This document shows, one piece after another, positions 18,648-27,132 of a stretch of DNA of 64,000 nucleotides. The notes beneath the pieces were generated by a model. That model was not told the DNA's origin, did no database searches, and saw nothing but the letters and a program-made list of their open reading frames with translations. Position numbers and translations under genes: made by a program. Numbering within the stretch: position 1 is the stretch's first letter; the number at the start of each line of letters is the position of its first letter. The stretch is from NCBI GenBank assembly GCA_034417075.1, contig DAOULU010000006.1:138283-202282 (forward strand). The letters are read 5' to 3'. Source of the stretch: Anaerolineales bacterium. GTDB lineage: Bacteria > Chloroflexota > Anaerolineae > Anaerolineales > E44-bin32.

Positions 18648-21509
18648 ATGAATTCTCGATGGATGAAAAAGCTTGGATTGTGCGTATTGAGCACGTTGTG
18701 GCTCTTGATGTTCACCACACCTATGGCGACACAGGCTGGTGGTGGCGTGTTCGTCGTCAACACCACCGACGATCTGGACGACGGCACCTGTGACGCCACA
18801 CACTGCTCGCTGCGCGAAGCGATCAACGCGGTCAACACCTATGCGGGCACGCAGTACATCTACTTTGATATCCCCGGTCCAGGACCGCACGAGATCATGC
18901 TATGCTCGATGCTTCCATCCTTGAGCGACGACGGAACGTTGATCGACGGCACTTCGGAGCCCGATTATGGCGGCACGGTACCTGTGGTCGTGATCAAGCC
19001 GGGGATATTCAACGTGTCTTCCTATCCTGGCTGCACGCCACCACCCATCGGGATCTGGATCGCCGCCAGCGACATAACCGTGACCGGCCTGAGCATCATC
19101 GGTTTCAGGAGTCCTTCCGCATCCATCGCCGGCGGGATCGTGACTCACATGGGCTCGAACGTCACCATCCAGTGGAACTACATCGGCCTGGATCCCTCCG
19201 GAACTCCCGTCGGGAATCGAGACGGGATCCTGATAGGCTCCGAGGCGTCGCAGATCTATTCCAACCGCATCTCGGGCAACGTCATCGGCATTCACGTCTT
19301 CCGCAGCGACCACATCATCCGCTTGAACTACATCGGAACCGATCCCACGGGCACGTCGACCAGTCCTACGCTGAAAAATTCCGTCGGCATCCTGGTGGAC
19401 AATCCTTCTAGCAACGTGCATATCGGAGGCCCGAATCCCGCCTGGATGAACCTCATTTCGGGCAACGACACGGGCGTCCAAGTCGTTACGGACGGTAACT
19501 TCGTGACCAACAATCGCATCGGCGCAGACGCCAGCGGCAGCGCAGGCTTGGGCAATGACACCGGCGTATGGGTCACGGGCAACGGGAACCAAATCGAAGG
19601 CAATCAGGTCAGTGACAGCCAGATCGGCGTGCTGCTGGCCGGAAACAATAATCAAGTCTCCGGCAACTTCATTGGTACGGACGCAAGCGGCGACCTGGCG
19701 TTAGGCAACGACACCGGCGTCCACATCATCGGCAGTGATAACGTCATCGGCGGCGAGATTCCGATCATGCTCGTGCCGGGCAGCACGGCAGGAAACATCA
19801 TCTCCGGAAATGACACGGGCATCTTCCTCGGCCCGAACGCACAGAACAACTACATTAAAGGCAACAAGATCGGTGCCGGCAACAGCCCCGACTCGAGTCT
19901 GCCCAACACTACAGGCATCCTGCTCGATGGCGCCGACAACAACACGATCGGAGGTATCTATCTACCCATGGAAGCCAACTGGGTGATGCACAATATCCAG
20001 GACGGCATCCAGTTCATCACCACCGCCAGCGACAACCTGGTTCAAAACAATTACATCGCCTGGAACGACCGGGGCATCACCGCCGGCGCCACGACCGGTA
20101 CGTCGATCCAGAATACCTTTCACTACAATAACATCTACTATAACGATCAACTCGGTATCGACCTCTTCCCCTGGGGCGTGACCCCCAATGATCCGGGTGA
20201 CGCTGACAGCGGCGCCAATAATCTACAAAATTTCCCCGTGATCAGTTCGGCTACGACCACGACAGCTCAGGGGACCGCCTGTCTGGGCTGCACGGTGGAG
20301 ATTTTCGAAAGCGAAGAGGATCCCTCCGGATACGGTGAGGGCATATCACCTATCGGTGAAAGCCTTACTGACTCCTCAGGAAATTTCAGCATCAGTGTCG
20401 ATCCGCTCTCTACCGCAGGTGTCTGTGATTACGTAACCGCCACGGCGACCGACGCAAACGGCAACACCTCCGAATTTGCAGAGAACTTCCTGATCGGACC
20501 GTGCTTCACGTTCTCACCCCAACTTTTACTCTTCCTGGGTGTGGTTTTCGTGTTCGGTGGTGGGGCCGCCGGCGGGAGGCTCGGACGCGGTCGCGGCACG
20601 CGGCCAGGCCTGGGAACCGCTGCTGGCGCCGCGCTGGGCGGCGTGATCGGTGCCGGTCTGCTCCTCGCAACCTCCTTCATTCCAATTTTCCGTCTACCAC
20701 CAGAAGAGGAACATGTGGTCTCCGATGGCCTGACAGCGCTCGTCCCCTCCTGTAATGCCTACCTCGATCCGCAGGCATTCGTGCCGCAAGATGGCGCGAT
20801 CGTGCTCGACGAAAACTTCGACTTCGCATGGTCCTGGTTGAACGAGCCTTCGAACGGACGGTTCCGCTGGAGCCTGGATTTGAACGGGCCCGACGATTCC
20901 GGCCAGCAAACGACGGAGGATACTTCGCTTCCCTTCACTGCGTTTGGTTTCGCGGTCGACGACGGGGATCGATTCATCTGGCGACTGACTGGCGAGCAAT
21001 TCGACGACTCTTCCGCAGAATGGAAACCCTTCTGTGCACCATCGGCGTGGCTAACGTTCCAAATCGGACTTTCACCATTGCTGGCGCCACCGTGGACACC
21101 GGAAACGCCGGAAGAACTACCTCCGACGCCCACGAGCACACCCGAGTCTCCTGCGGGAGTCTGTCTGTACACAGCGGTACGTAACAGCAACTGCCGCGCC
21201 AGCGACTATCCGGAGTCGCTGCAGATCGATATCCTCATGCAGGGGGAATCGGCCGAACTCCTGGCCTTGAATCCCGAGTTCACCCACGGTAAATTCGAGC
21301 TCGATCACGGTCAGTGCTGGATCTGGCTGGGATTGCTGGAAGGTCCCGATAACCCATACGGCACGTGCAACGTCCCGGTCATCGATCCGCCGCCGCCACC
21401 GACCGCAACGCCACAAACCTGCACTGCGGATTTAGACGAGGACGCTTGCATCGCAAGTGGAGGCACCTGGTCGGTGACGGGCGCTGCGGGATGTGTATGC
21501 CCGGAGTGA
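18648..21509 (+). CDS. Surface protein paralog 3 of 4 (same architecture)
   Basis: 953 aa. SD AGGAGGTG upstream. HCSLREAINAVN, GIDLFPWGVTPNDPGDADSGANNLQNFP, ATATDANGNTSEFAEN, loop GGRLGRGRGTRPG, end GCVCPE. Confidence 0.9.
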   Translation: MNSRWMKKLGLCVLSTLWLLMFTTPMATQAGGGVFVVNTTDDLDDGTCDATHCSLREAINAVNTYAGTQYIYFDIPGPGPHEIMLCSMLPSLSDDGTLIDGTSEPDYGGTVPVVVIKPGIFNVSSYPGCTPPPIGIWIAASDITVTGLSIIGFRSPSASIAGGIVTHMGSNVTIQWNYIGLDPSGTPVGNRDGILIGSEASQIYSNRISGNVIGIHVFRSDHIIRLNYIGTDPTGTSTSPTLKNSVGILVDNPSSNVHIGGPNPAWMNLISGNDTGVQVVTDGNFVTNNRIGADASGSAGLGNDTGVWVTGNGNQIEGNQVSDSQIGVLLAGNNNQVSGNFIGTDASGDLALGNDTGVHIIGSDNVIGGEIPIMLVPGSTAGNIISGNDTGIFLGPNAQNNYIKGNKIGAGNSPDSSLPNTTGILLDGADNNTIGGIYLPMEANWVMHNIQDGIQFITTASDNLVQNNYIAWNDRGITAGATTGTSIQNTFHYNNIYYNDQLGIDLFPWGVTPNDPGDADSGANNLQNFPVISSATTTTAQGTACLGCTVEIFESEEDPSGYGEGISPIGESLTDSSGNFSISVDPLSTAGVCDYVTATATDANGNTSEFAENFLIGPCFTFSPQLLLFLGVVFVFGGGAAGGRLGRGRGTRPGLGTAAGAALGGVIGAGLLLATSFIPIFRLPPEEEHVVSDGLTALVPSCNAYLDPQAFVPQDGAIVLDENFDFAWSWLNEPSNGRFRWSLDLNGPDDSGQQTTEDTSLPFTAFGFAVDDGDRFIWRLTGEQFDDSSAEWKPFCAPSAWLTFQIGLSPLLAPPWTPETPEELPPTPTSTPESPAGVCLYTAVRNSNCRASDYPESLQIDILMQGESAELLALNPEFTHGKFELDHGQCWIWLGLLEGPDNPYGTCNVPVIDPPPPPTATPQTCTADLDEDACIASGGTWSVTGAAGCVCPE

Positions 21510-21582
21510 AACCGATTCGAGAAGATAACGCCATGGAGTCGATCGAAAACCGCAGCCAGAGATTGATGTAAGGGGTACTTTG

Positions 21583-24183
21583 ATGAGAACTCGCAAACAT
21601 GTTTCCCGAGCCTGGCTAGCCCTGTGCCTGCTGGCGATGATGACACTTGCTTTTCCGATCACCGCGGAGGCCAGCACCTTCGTCGTCAACACGGTCGACG
21701 ATCTCGACGACGGAAACTGCGACGCCGATCATTGCTCTCTGCGCGAGGCGATCAATGCCGCCAATGCCAACCCCGGTGCGGACACGATTGCCTTCGACAT
21801 CTTCGGCGCCGGGCCACACGTGATCAAACTGTGCAGCCTGCTGCCCATACTCACCGACGGCGGGACGACGATTGACGGCACGACGGAACCCAGTTATGCC
21901 GGGACGCCCGTCGTTACTTTAACGCCCTCTGCGGATCCGAGTTGTACCCGACCGCACATCGGCCTATGGATCCAATCCGACGGGAACGTGATCCGTGGGC
22001 TGCACACCATCGACTTCATGCATCCAACACTGCAGCACGAATCCGCCATCTACATCGAGCGCGGCGACGGAAACCTGATCGAGTTAAATCACATCGGCTA
22101 TCAACCTACCTGTTCGCTTTTCAACACACAATACGGTGTCCGCATCGACATGGACGCCGGAAACCAGCGCATTCTCAAAAACGTATTCAACTGTAACGGA
22201 ACGGCAATCGATATCTGGGCTGGCAGCCACGTGATCCGGGACAACCTCATCGGCGTCGATCCCTCCGGCACTACGGCCATCCTCAACGGTCTGGGCATCT
22301 ACGTCTACGAAACCGCCCACGGCTCGACCATTCAGGATAACGTGGTATCGGGCAACATCAGCGCCATGGTAGTCAATTCGGACGACAACAAGATCCTGGG
22401 AAACCGCGTTGGTACGGATTGGTCGACGAACATAGCCATCCCCAATCAAGGCGGCATCAAGGTGAACGGCGATCACAACCGCGTCGGCGGCACGAATCCC
22501 GGCGAGGCAAACATCATCGCCGCCAACACCAGCATTGGTCTTGATCTGTACTGCGGCGCGGAATACAACCAGGTGTATGGCAATATCATCGGCACCAATC
22601 TTTCGGGAACCATCATCATGGGCAACCAGTACGGTGTCACCATTATGGGGAACACGAACATCATCGGGGGTATCGGCTCAGGCGAAGCAAACCGCATCCT
22701 CTTCAGCCAGGAAGCCGGGCTCAGCTTGTACGCTTTGGCGCACAAAAACCGCATCATTGGAAACGAGATCGCTTACGGCCACACGCAGGGCATTCTGGGA
22801 ACGAGTTCGATGGGCTTTCCCGAATCCAACACCTTCAGCCGAAACAGCATCCATCACAATCGTGCCCTGGGAATCGATTTGGAACCTGCGGGCGTCACGC
22901 CAAATGATCCGGGAGACGCGGATTCCGGCCCCAACACACTGCTGAACTTTCCCGTGCTCCAATCCGCCAACGTGAACACGGCCGAAGGAGACGCCTGCCC
23001 GGGCTGTACCGTGGAGATCTTCATCGCCGATTCGGGCAAAGGCGCATTCGGCGAAGGTATGAACTTCGCGGGAAGCGGCAACGCCGATCCGAGCGGTCAT
23101 TTCTCGATCCCGTTAAGCGGGGTCGGTTTCTGCGATCCGCTCACCGCCACCGCCACTGACGGCGCAGCCAACACCTCCGAGTTTGCCAAGAACATCCTGG
23201 CCAGCTGCCTGACGCTCGTATTCCCTTGGCCCGATCTCCTTTTGCTGGCGTTCATTTTTGCTGGCGCCCTGGGCAACGGGCGTCGCGGCCGAGGTAGATC
23301 GCCGGGTCGATATGCCGCCATCGGCGGCGCTGCTGGCGCAGTATTCGGCATCGCCCTGCTGACCCTGGGCAGTGCGCTTCCTAACATGCACTTGGAATTG
23401 CTCCCTCCAAAAGGGGAACCGAAGAGTGAACCACTTTGCAGCGAGTTGCTTCTACCGGATGGGTACGCTCCACCGGCAGGCGCCGTGTTCCAAACCAGCG
23501 AAGACCCATTGCTTTCCTGGACGCCGGGACCCGGCGCCGCCGACGGGATCGTCTGGCAGGTAGAACTCAGTGCACCTGACGGCTCAATTTTGAATCAAAC
23601 GACTCAGGAGACAAGCATCGCCTTCAGCAGCTTCATGTTCCCCACTCAACCAGGATTTTACCGCTGGCGCATCACCGCCAGAGAGGGCAATGCCCCAGGA
23701 GCCCTGGGGAAAGCCTTATGTTCACCGACATCGTGGATGCCGCTTTCCTTCGAAGGACCACAGCGCGAGGAAACACCGGAAGAAACGCCGACATCGACCC
23801 CCACGCCGACTCCCACAGAAGAGACGTCAGCATGTGTCTACACCGCGCTGCAAAATGCCAACTGCCGGGAGAGCGACTACGTCGAATCGGATCAGATGGC
23901 CATTCTCATGCAGGGCGAAAGCGCCGAACTGTTGGCGTTGAACCCCGAGTTTACCCACGGTGAGTTCGAGGTCGATCAGCACCAATGCTGGATCTGGCTC
24001 GGGTTGCTGGACGGTCCTGAAAACCCATACGGCACATGCGACATTCCAGTCGTTGATCCGCCTCCACCGCCGACCGCGACGCCACAGATTTGCACAGAGG
24101 ATTTGAACGAGGAAGATTGCGTGGCCAGCGGCGGTGTATGGTCCGAGGGAATCACGGATCGCCTCTACTGCATCTGTCCTTAA
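21583..24183 (+). CDS. Surface protein paralog 4 of 4 (same architecture)
   Basis: HCSLREAINAANANPGADTIAFDI, GIDLEPAGVTPNDPGDADSGPNTLLNFP, ATATDGAANTSEFAKN, loop NGRRGRGRSPGR, end YCICP. ATG at 21583 (TTG at 21580 also possible). Confidence 0.9.
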   Translation: MRTRKHVSRAWLALCLLAMMTLAFPITAEASTFVVNTVDDLDDGNCDADHCSLREAINAANANPGADTIAFDIFGAGPHVIKLCSLLPILTDGGTTIDGTTEPSYAGTPVVTLTPSADPSCTRPHIGLWIQSDGNVIRGLHTIDFMHPTLQHESAIYIERGDGNLIELNHIGYQPTCSLFNTQYGVRIDMDAGNQRILKNVFNCNGTAIDIWAGSHVIRDNLIGVDPSGTTAILNGLGIYVYETAHGSTIQDNVVSGNISAMVVNSDDNKILGNRVGTDWSTNIAIPNQGGIKVNGDHNRVGGTNPGEANIIAANTSIGLDLYCGAEYNQVYGNIIGTNLSGTIIMGNQYGVTIMGNTNIIGGIGSGEANRILFSQEAGLSLYALAHKNRIIGNEIAYGHTQGILGTSSMGFPESNTFSRNSIHHNRALGIDLEPAGVTPNDPGDADSGPNTLLNFPVLQSANVNTAEGDACPGCTVEIFIADSGKGAFGEGMNFAGSGNADPSGHFSIPLSGVGFCDPLTATATDGAANTSEFAKNILASCLTLVFPWPDLLLLAFIFAGALGNGRRGRGRSPGRYAAIGGAAGAVFGIALLTLGSALPNMHLELLPPKGEPKSEPLCSELLLPDGYAPPAGAVFQTSEDPLLSWTPGPGAADGIVWQVELSAPDGSILNQTTQETSIAFSSFMFPTQPGFYRWRITAREGNAPGALGKALCSPTSWMPLSFEGPQREETPEETPTSTPTPTPTEETSACVYTALQNANCRESDYVESDQMAILMQGESAELLALNPEFTHGEFEVDQHQCWIWLGLLDGPENPYGTCDIPVVDPPPPPTATPQICTEDLNEEDCVASGGVWSEGITDRLYCICP

Positions 24184-24240
24184 CCCGCAGGATCGGGTGG
24201 GAGGTTGAAACTTGAAGCCGATTTGTACGCCACGAGCAAC

Positions 24241-24269
24241 TTGTCGAAACCAACAGGTCAATGTAGCAT
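24241..24269 (+). promoter_or_regulatory. Putative sigma-70 promoter of lipoprotein cassette A
   Basis: TTGTCG, 17 nt, TAGCAT. The same geometry and nearly the same sequence recur upstream of cassette B. Confidence 0.45.
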
Positions 24270-24352
24270 CCTGATACGGACTTACTGCCATTCCCAGTCG
24301 ATTTCATGGCCGGTATACGGAGAAGAAGACATTAAATTGAAGGAGAACCAAA

Positions 24353-25498
24353 ATGAGCCTTCCCTCAAGAATAAAATCAACCACACTCGTTTTCATACTG
24401 GTGACGAGCATCATCCTTGCGGCATGTCATTTCCCAGGAATGGGCCCCACGCCGGACTTGTTCGCCACCTCCGCTGCAGAAACCGTTTCCGCACGGCTTA
24501 CGCAACCAGTGGAACCCGGCACAGATGAGACAACAGAGCCCGAGCCGCCCGTGATCGCCACGACCGAAGCCCCACCGACAGAGGAACCCCCTACGCCAAC
24601 GACTACGCTCACCCCCACGATCACGCAGACCACAATCCCCTGCGATCGCGCCAGTTTCGTTTCGGACGTTACCATCCCCGACGGGGAGGAATTAGAACCG
24701 AACGAGAGTTTCACCAAAACCTGGCGGTTGAAAAATAACGGTTCCTGCACCTGGACCTCCAGCTACGCGCTCACTTTCGACAGCGGTGATTCGATGAGCG
24801 GACCTGCATCCAAACAGCTTACCAGTGGAACTGTAGCACCTGGCGCCACAATGGACGTCTCCGTCAATCTGACGGCGCCGAGTTCGCCGGGAACGTACAA
24901 AGGTTACTGGAAACTGCGCAACGGATCGGGAGTGAATTTCGGAATTGGAACTGGCGGCGTAAATCCTTTCTGGGTTGAAATCAAGGTCGTTCCCAACACA
25001 ACCACGGTTACCATTCCCATGAAAGAAATGGAAAGCGGACAAGTGCAGTCCACCGGCTCGACAGGCTTTGGAAGGTACGTGGGGGATAGCCACACGAATA
25101 CGTCCACACAAGCCTTCGTCAGCTTCGATATAAGTGCGATACCTTCGGACGCCATCATCACGGAGGTCACGATAAAGATTAGTAATTTCAACGATACCGG
25201 AGATCCATTTGGCGATTTGGGACCTATGTTCATCTACAAAGATGATTACGGTAGCTTGGATTCGACCGACTATGTAAGCAGCACTCCAGGGACAGGTCGG
25301 CTTATCGCCTGGAATTCAACCTCTCAATTGGGAACCACGATCCCCGACAACGACATGGTCAATGCGGTTCAGAGTAAAGTGGGTAGCAGTCGCTTTAGAG
25401 TTCGATTCCAATTCGCCAACGACACGAACAATGATAACGGCGCCGACTATCTGGAACTGGTCTCGATTGTGATCAAGGTAACCTACTACACGCCATAG
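24353..25498 (+). CDS. Lipoprotein with NBR1-like Ig domain and C-terminal beta-rich domain (cassette A)
   Basis: Lipobox ILAAC, PT/E-rich linker. The CDRASFVSDVTIPDGEELEPNESFTKTWRLKNNGSCTWTSSYALTFDSGD...PGTYKGYWKLRN pattern is typical of bacterial 'next to BRCA1'-type Ig-like domains. SD GAAGGAG upstream. Confidence 0.85.
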   Translation: MSLPSRIKSTTLVFILVTSIILAACHFPGMGPTPDLFATSAAETVSARLTQPVEPGTDETTEPEPPVIATTEAPPTEEPPTPTTTLTPTITQTTIPCDRASFVSDVTIPDGEELEPNESFTKTWRLKNNGSCTWTSSYALTFDSGDSMSGPASKQLTSGTVAPGATMDVSVNLTAPSSPGTYKGYWKLRNGSGVNFGIGTGGVNPFWVEIKVVPNTTTVTIPMKEMESGQVQSTGSTGFGRYVGDSHTNTSTQAFVSFDISAIPSDAIITEVTIKISNFNDTGDPFGDLGPMFIYKDDYGSLDSTDYVSSTPGTGRLIAWNSTSQLGTTIPDNDMVNAVQSKVGSSRFRVRFQFANDTNNDNGADYLELVSIVIKVTYYTP

Positions 25499-25517
25499 GC
25501 GCATTACGCAAGTTTAT

Positions 25518-25557
25518 AAAATCCCCGCCATTCTCATCCACGGCAGGGATTTTTTTA
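25518..25557 (+). terminator. Rho-independent terminator of cassette A
   Basis: ATCCCCGCC (25521-29) pairs with GGCAGGGAT (25542-50) with one mismatch, followed by a T6 run. Confidence 0.7.
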
Positions 25558-25727
25558 TTGCCGCCGAAGGTATTGCCAGCGGCCTTGAAGGCCATATCTC
25601 AGCGATCCGCTCACCTCCGCTGACGCAGACGGTGCTGCCAACACAATCTCCCATTTTGTATAAGCCCATGATACACAAGATTGGTTGTCCGGCAGGAATG
25701 CAGTACGGCCTATGCGCAAAGGGCCAC

Positions 25728-25756
25728 TTGTCAAAATCCGCAGGTCGCTGTAGCAT
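25728..25756 (+). promoter_or_regulatory. Putative sigma-70 promoter of lipoprotein cassette B
   Basis: TTGTCA, 17 nt, TAGCAT. Homologous to 24241-24269, with the shared block CAGGTCnnTGTAGCATCCTGrTAC. Confidence 0.45.
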
Positions 25757-25831
25757 CCTGGTACTTGCAGCCTGCCATGTGCAACGCCCCAGGCGCACGG
25801 ATAAGTAGATTTCAAAACGAAGGAGTTCGAG

Positions 25832-26980
25832 ATGAGCCCTCCGGCACGATTGAGAACAACACTCATTTTAATGCTCGCGATCAGTATCGTCCTATCGGCG
25901 TGCAATTTCCCCGGTATGGGTGCCACACCGGATCTGTTCGCCACATCTGCAGCGCAAACCGTCGCCGCCCGTCTCACCCAACCAGCGGGACCGGGCAATG
26001 ATGGGACCACGCCACCCGAGCCACCGCAGATTGCAACAACCGAAGCCCCTCCAACGGAGGAACCACCTACGCCCACGTCGACCATAACGCTGACGCCCAC
26101 GATCACGCAGACCACAATCCCCTGCGATCGCGCCAGCTTTATCACGGACGTCACCATCCCCGACGGAGAAGAATTGGAACCGAACGAGAGCTTCACCAAG
26201 ACCTGGCGCCTGAAAAACAACGGCTCCTGCACCTGGACCTCCAGCTATGCGCTCATTTTCGACAGCGGCGATTCCATGGGAGGACCCGCATCCAAACAGC
26301 TTACCAGCGGGACCGTTGCACCCGGTGCCATTATGGACGTCTCCGTCAACTTAACGGCGCCCAGTTCGCCGGGTACCTACAAGGGATACTGGAAACTGCG
26401 CAACGGTTCCGGGGTAAATTTCGGCATCGGTACCGGCGGCACCAATCCGTTCTATGTCGAAATCAAAGTCGTGCCCAACACGGCCACGACTACGGTTCCT
26501 CTCGTCGTTGGCGAAAGCGGTCAGGTCACGAAAAGCACCTATATCTCCGGGGATAAAATTGCCGGAGATAACGGATCGAACGATTCGTCCCAGGCTTTCC
26601 TTAGCTTCAACATCACCGGAATCCCGTCGGATGCCGTCATTACGGAAGTCGTCATCGATCTCGGTGACTTCACCGTGATCGGGACGCCGTTCTCAGCTTT
26701 GGGGCCACTGTTTATCTACAAGGATGATTATGGCGGTTTGGATGCCTCCGACTTCGTCAACAGCACACCATCTTCCGGCCGACTCATAGCCTGGAATTCA
26801 ACATCAAGCTTGGGGAACGCCGTCTCGGATAACGACATGGTCAACGCCCTGCAAACCAAAGTGGGATCGAGTCGCTTCAGATTGCGTCTGCAGTTCAACA
26901 AACAAACCGACAACGATGGCGCAAGCGATCACCTGACTTTCAACACTGTGATCCTCAAAGTCACCTACTACACGCCCTGA
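25832..26980 (+). CDS. Lipoprotein with NBR1-like Ig domain and C-terminal beta-rich domain (cassette B, paralog of 24353-25498)
   Basis: Lipobox VLSAC. The N-terminal two thirds are near-identical to cassette A and the C-terminal third is clearly more diverged. SD GAAGGAG upstream. Confidence 0.85.
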   Translation: MSPPARLRTTLILMLAISIVLSACNFPGMGATPDLFATSAAQTVAARLTQPAGPGNDGTTPPEPPQIATTEAPPTEEPPTPTSTITLTPTITQTTIPCDRASFITDVTIPDGEELEPNESFTKTWRLKNNGSCTWTSSYALIFDSGDSMGGPASKQLTSGTVAPGAIMDVSVNLTAPSSPGTYKGYWKLRNGSGVNFGIGTGGTNPFYVEIKVVPNTATTTVPLVVGESGQVTKSTYISGDKIAGDNGSNDSSQAFLSFNITGIPSDAVITEVVIDLGDFTVIGTPFSALGPLFIYKDDYGGLDASDFVNSTPSSGRLIAWNSTSSLGNAVSDNDMVNALQTKVGSSRFRLRLQFNKQTDNDGASDHLTFNTVILKVTYYTP

Positions 26981-27003
26981 CCGCACGTAGAAATTAGCGA
27001 TGA

Positions 27004-27040
27004 AAAATCCCCGCGAATCACCCAACGTCGCGGGGATTTT
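27004..27040 (+). terminator. Rho-independent terminator of cassette B
   Basis: Perfect 12-bp stem AAAATCCCCGCG / CGCGGGGATTTT with a 13-nt loop. The stem is related to the cassette A terminator stem. Confidence 0.7.
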
Positions 27041-27117
27041 CGCTCTCCAGTGAAGATCATATTGTGTATAAGTTAATCGCATTTCAAACGGTTGAATTGG
27101 CAGTTTTAAAGAACGCG

Positions 27118-27126
27118 TGATAGATT
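27118..27126 (+). promoter_or_regulatory. Extended -10 element (TGaTAGATT) 6 nt upstream of ATG 27133, suggesting a leaderless start
   Basis: TGATAGATTcaagttATG. No SD between the -10 element and the start codon. Confidence 0.4.
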
Positions 27127-27132
27127 CAAGTT

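Noticed and set aside
24205-24528. Paired ORFs 24205-24528 and 25681-26001, and antisense ORFs 24427-24750 and 25555-26232, that look conserved between the two cassettes.
   Set aside because: Their similarity is a by-product of the duplicated lipoprotein genes and promoters read in wrong frames. They have no SD sequences and low-complexity translations.
24353-26980. Diversity-generating retroelement as the cause of the variable C-terminal third of the duplicated lipoproteins.
   Set aside because: There is no reverse transcriptase, template repeat or adenine-specific substitution pattern in the window. The divergence is spread over ~170 aa with indels.
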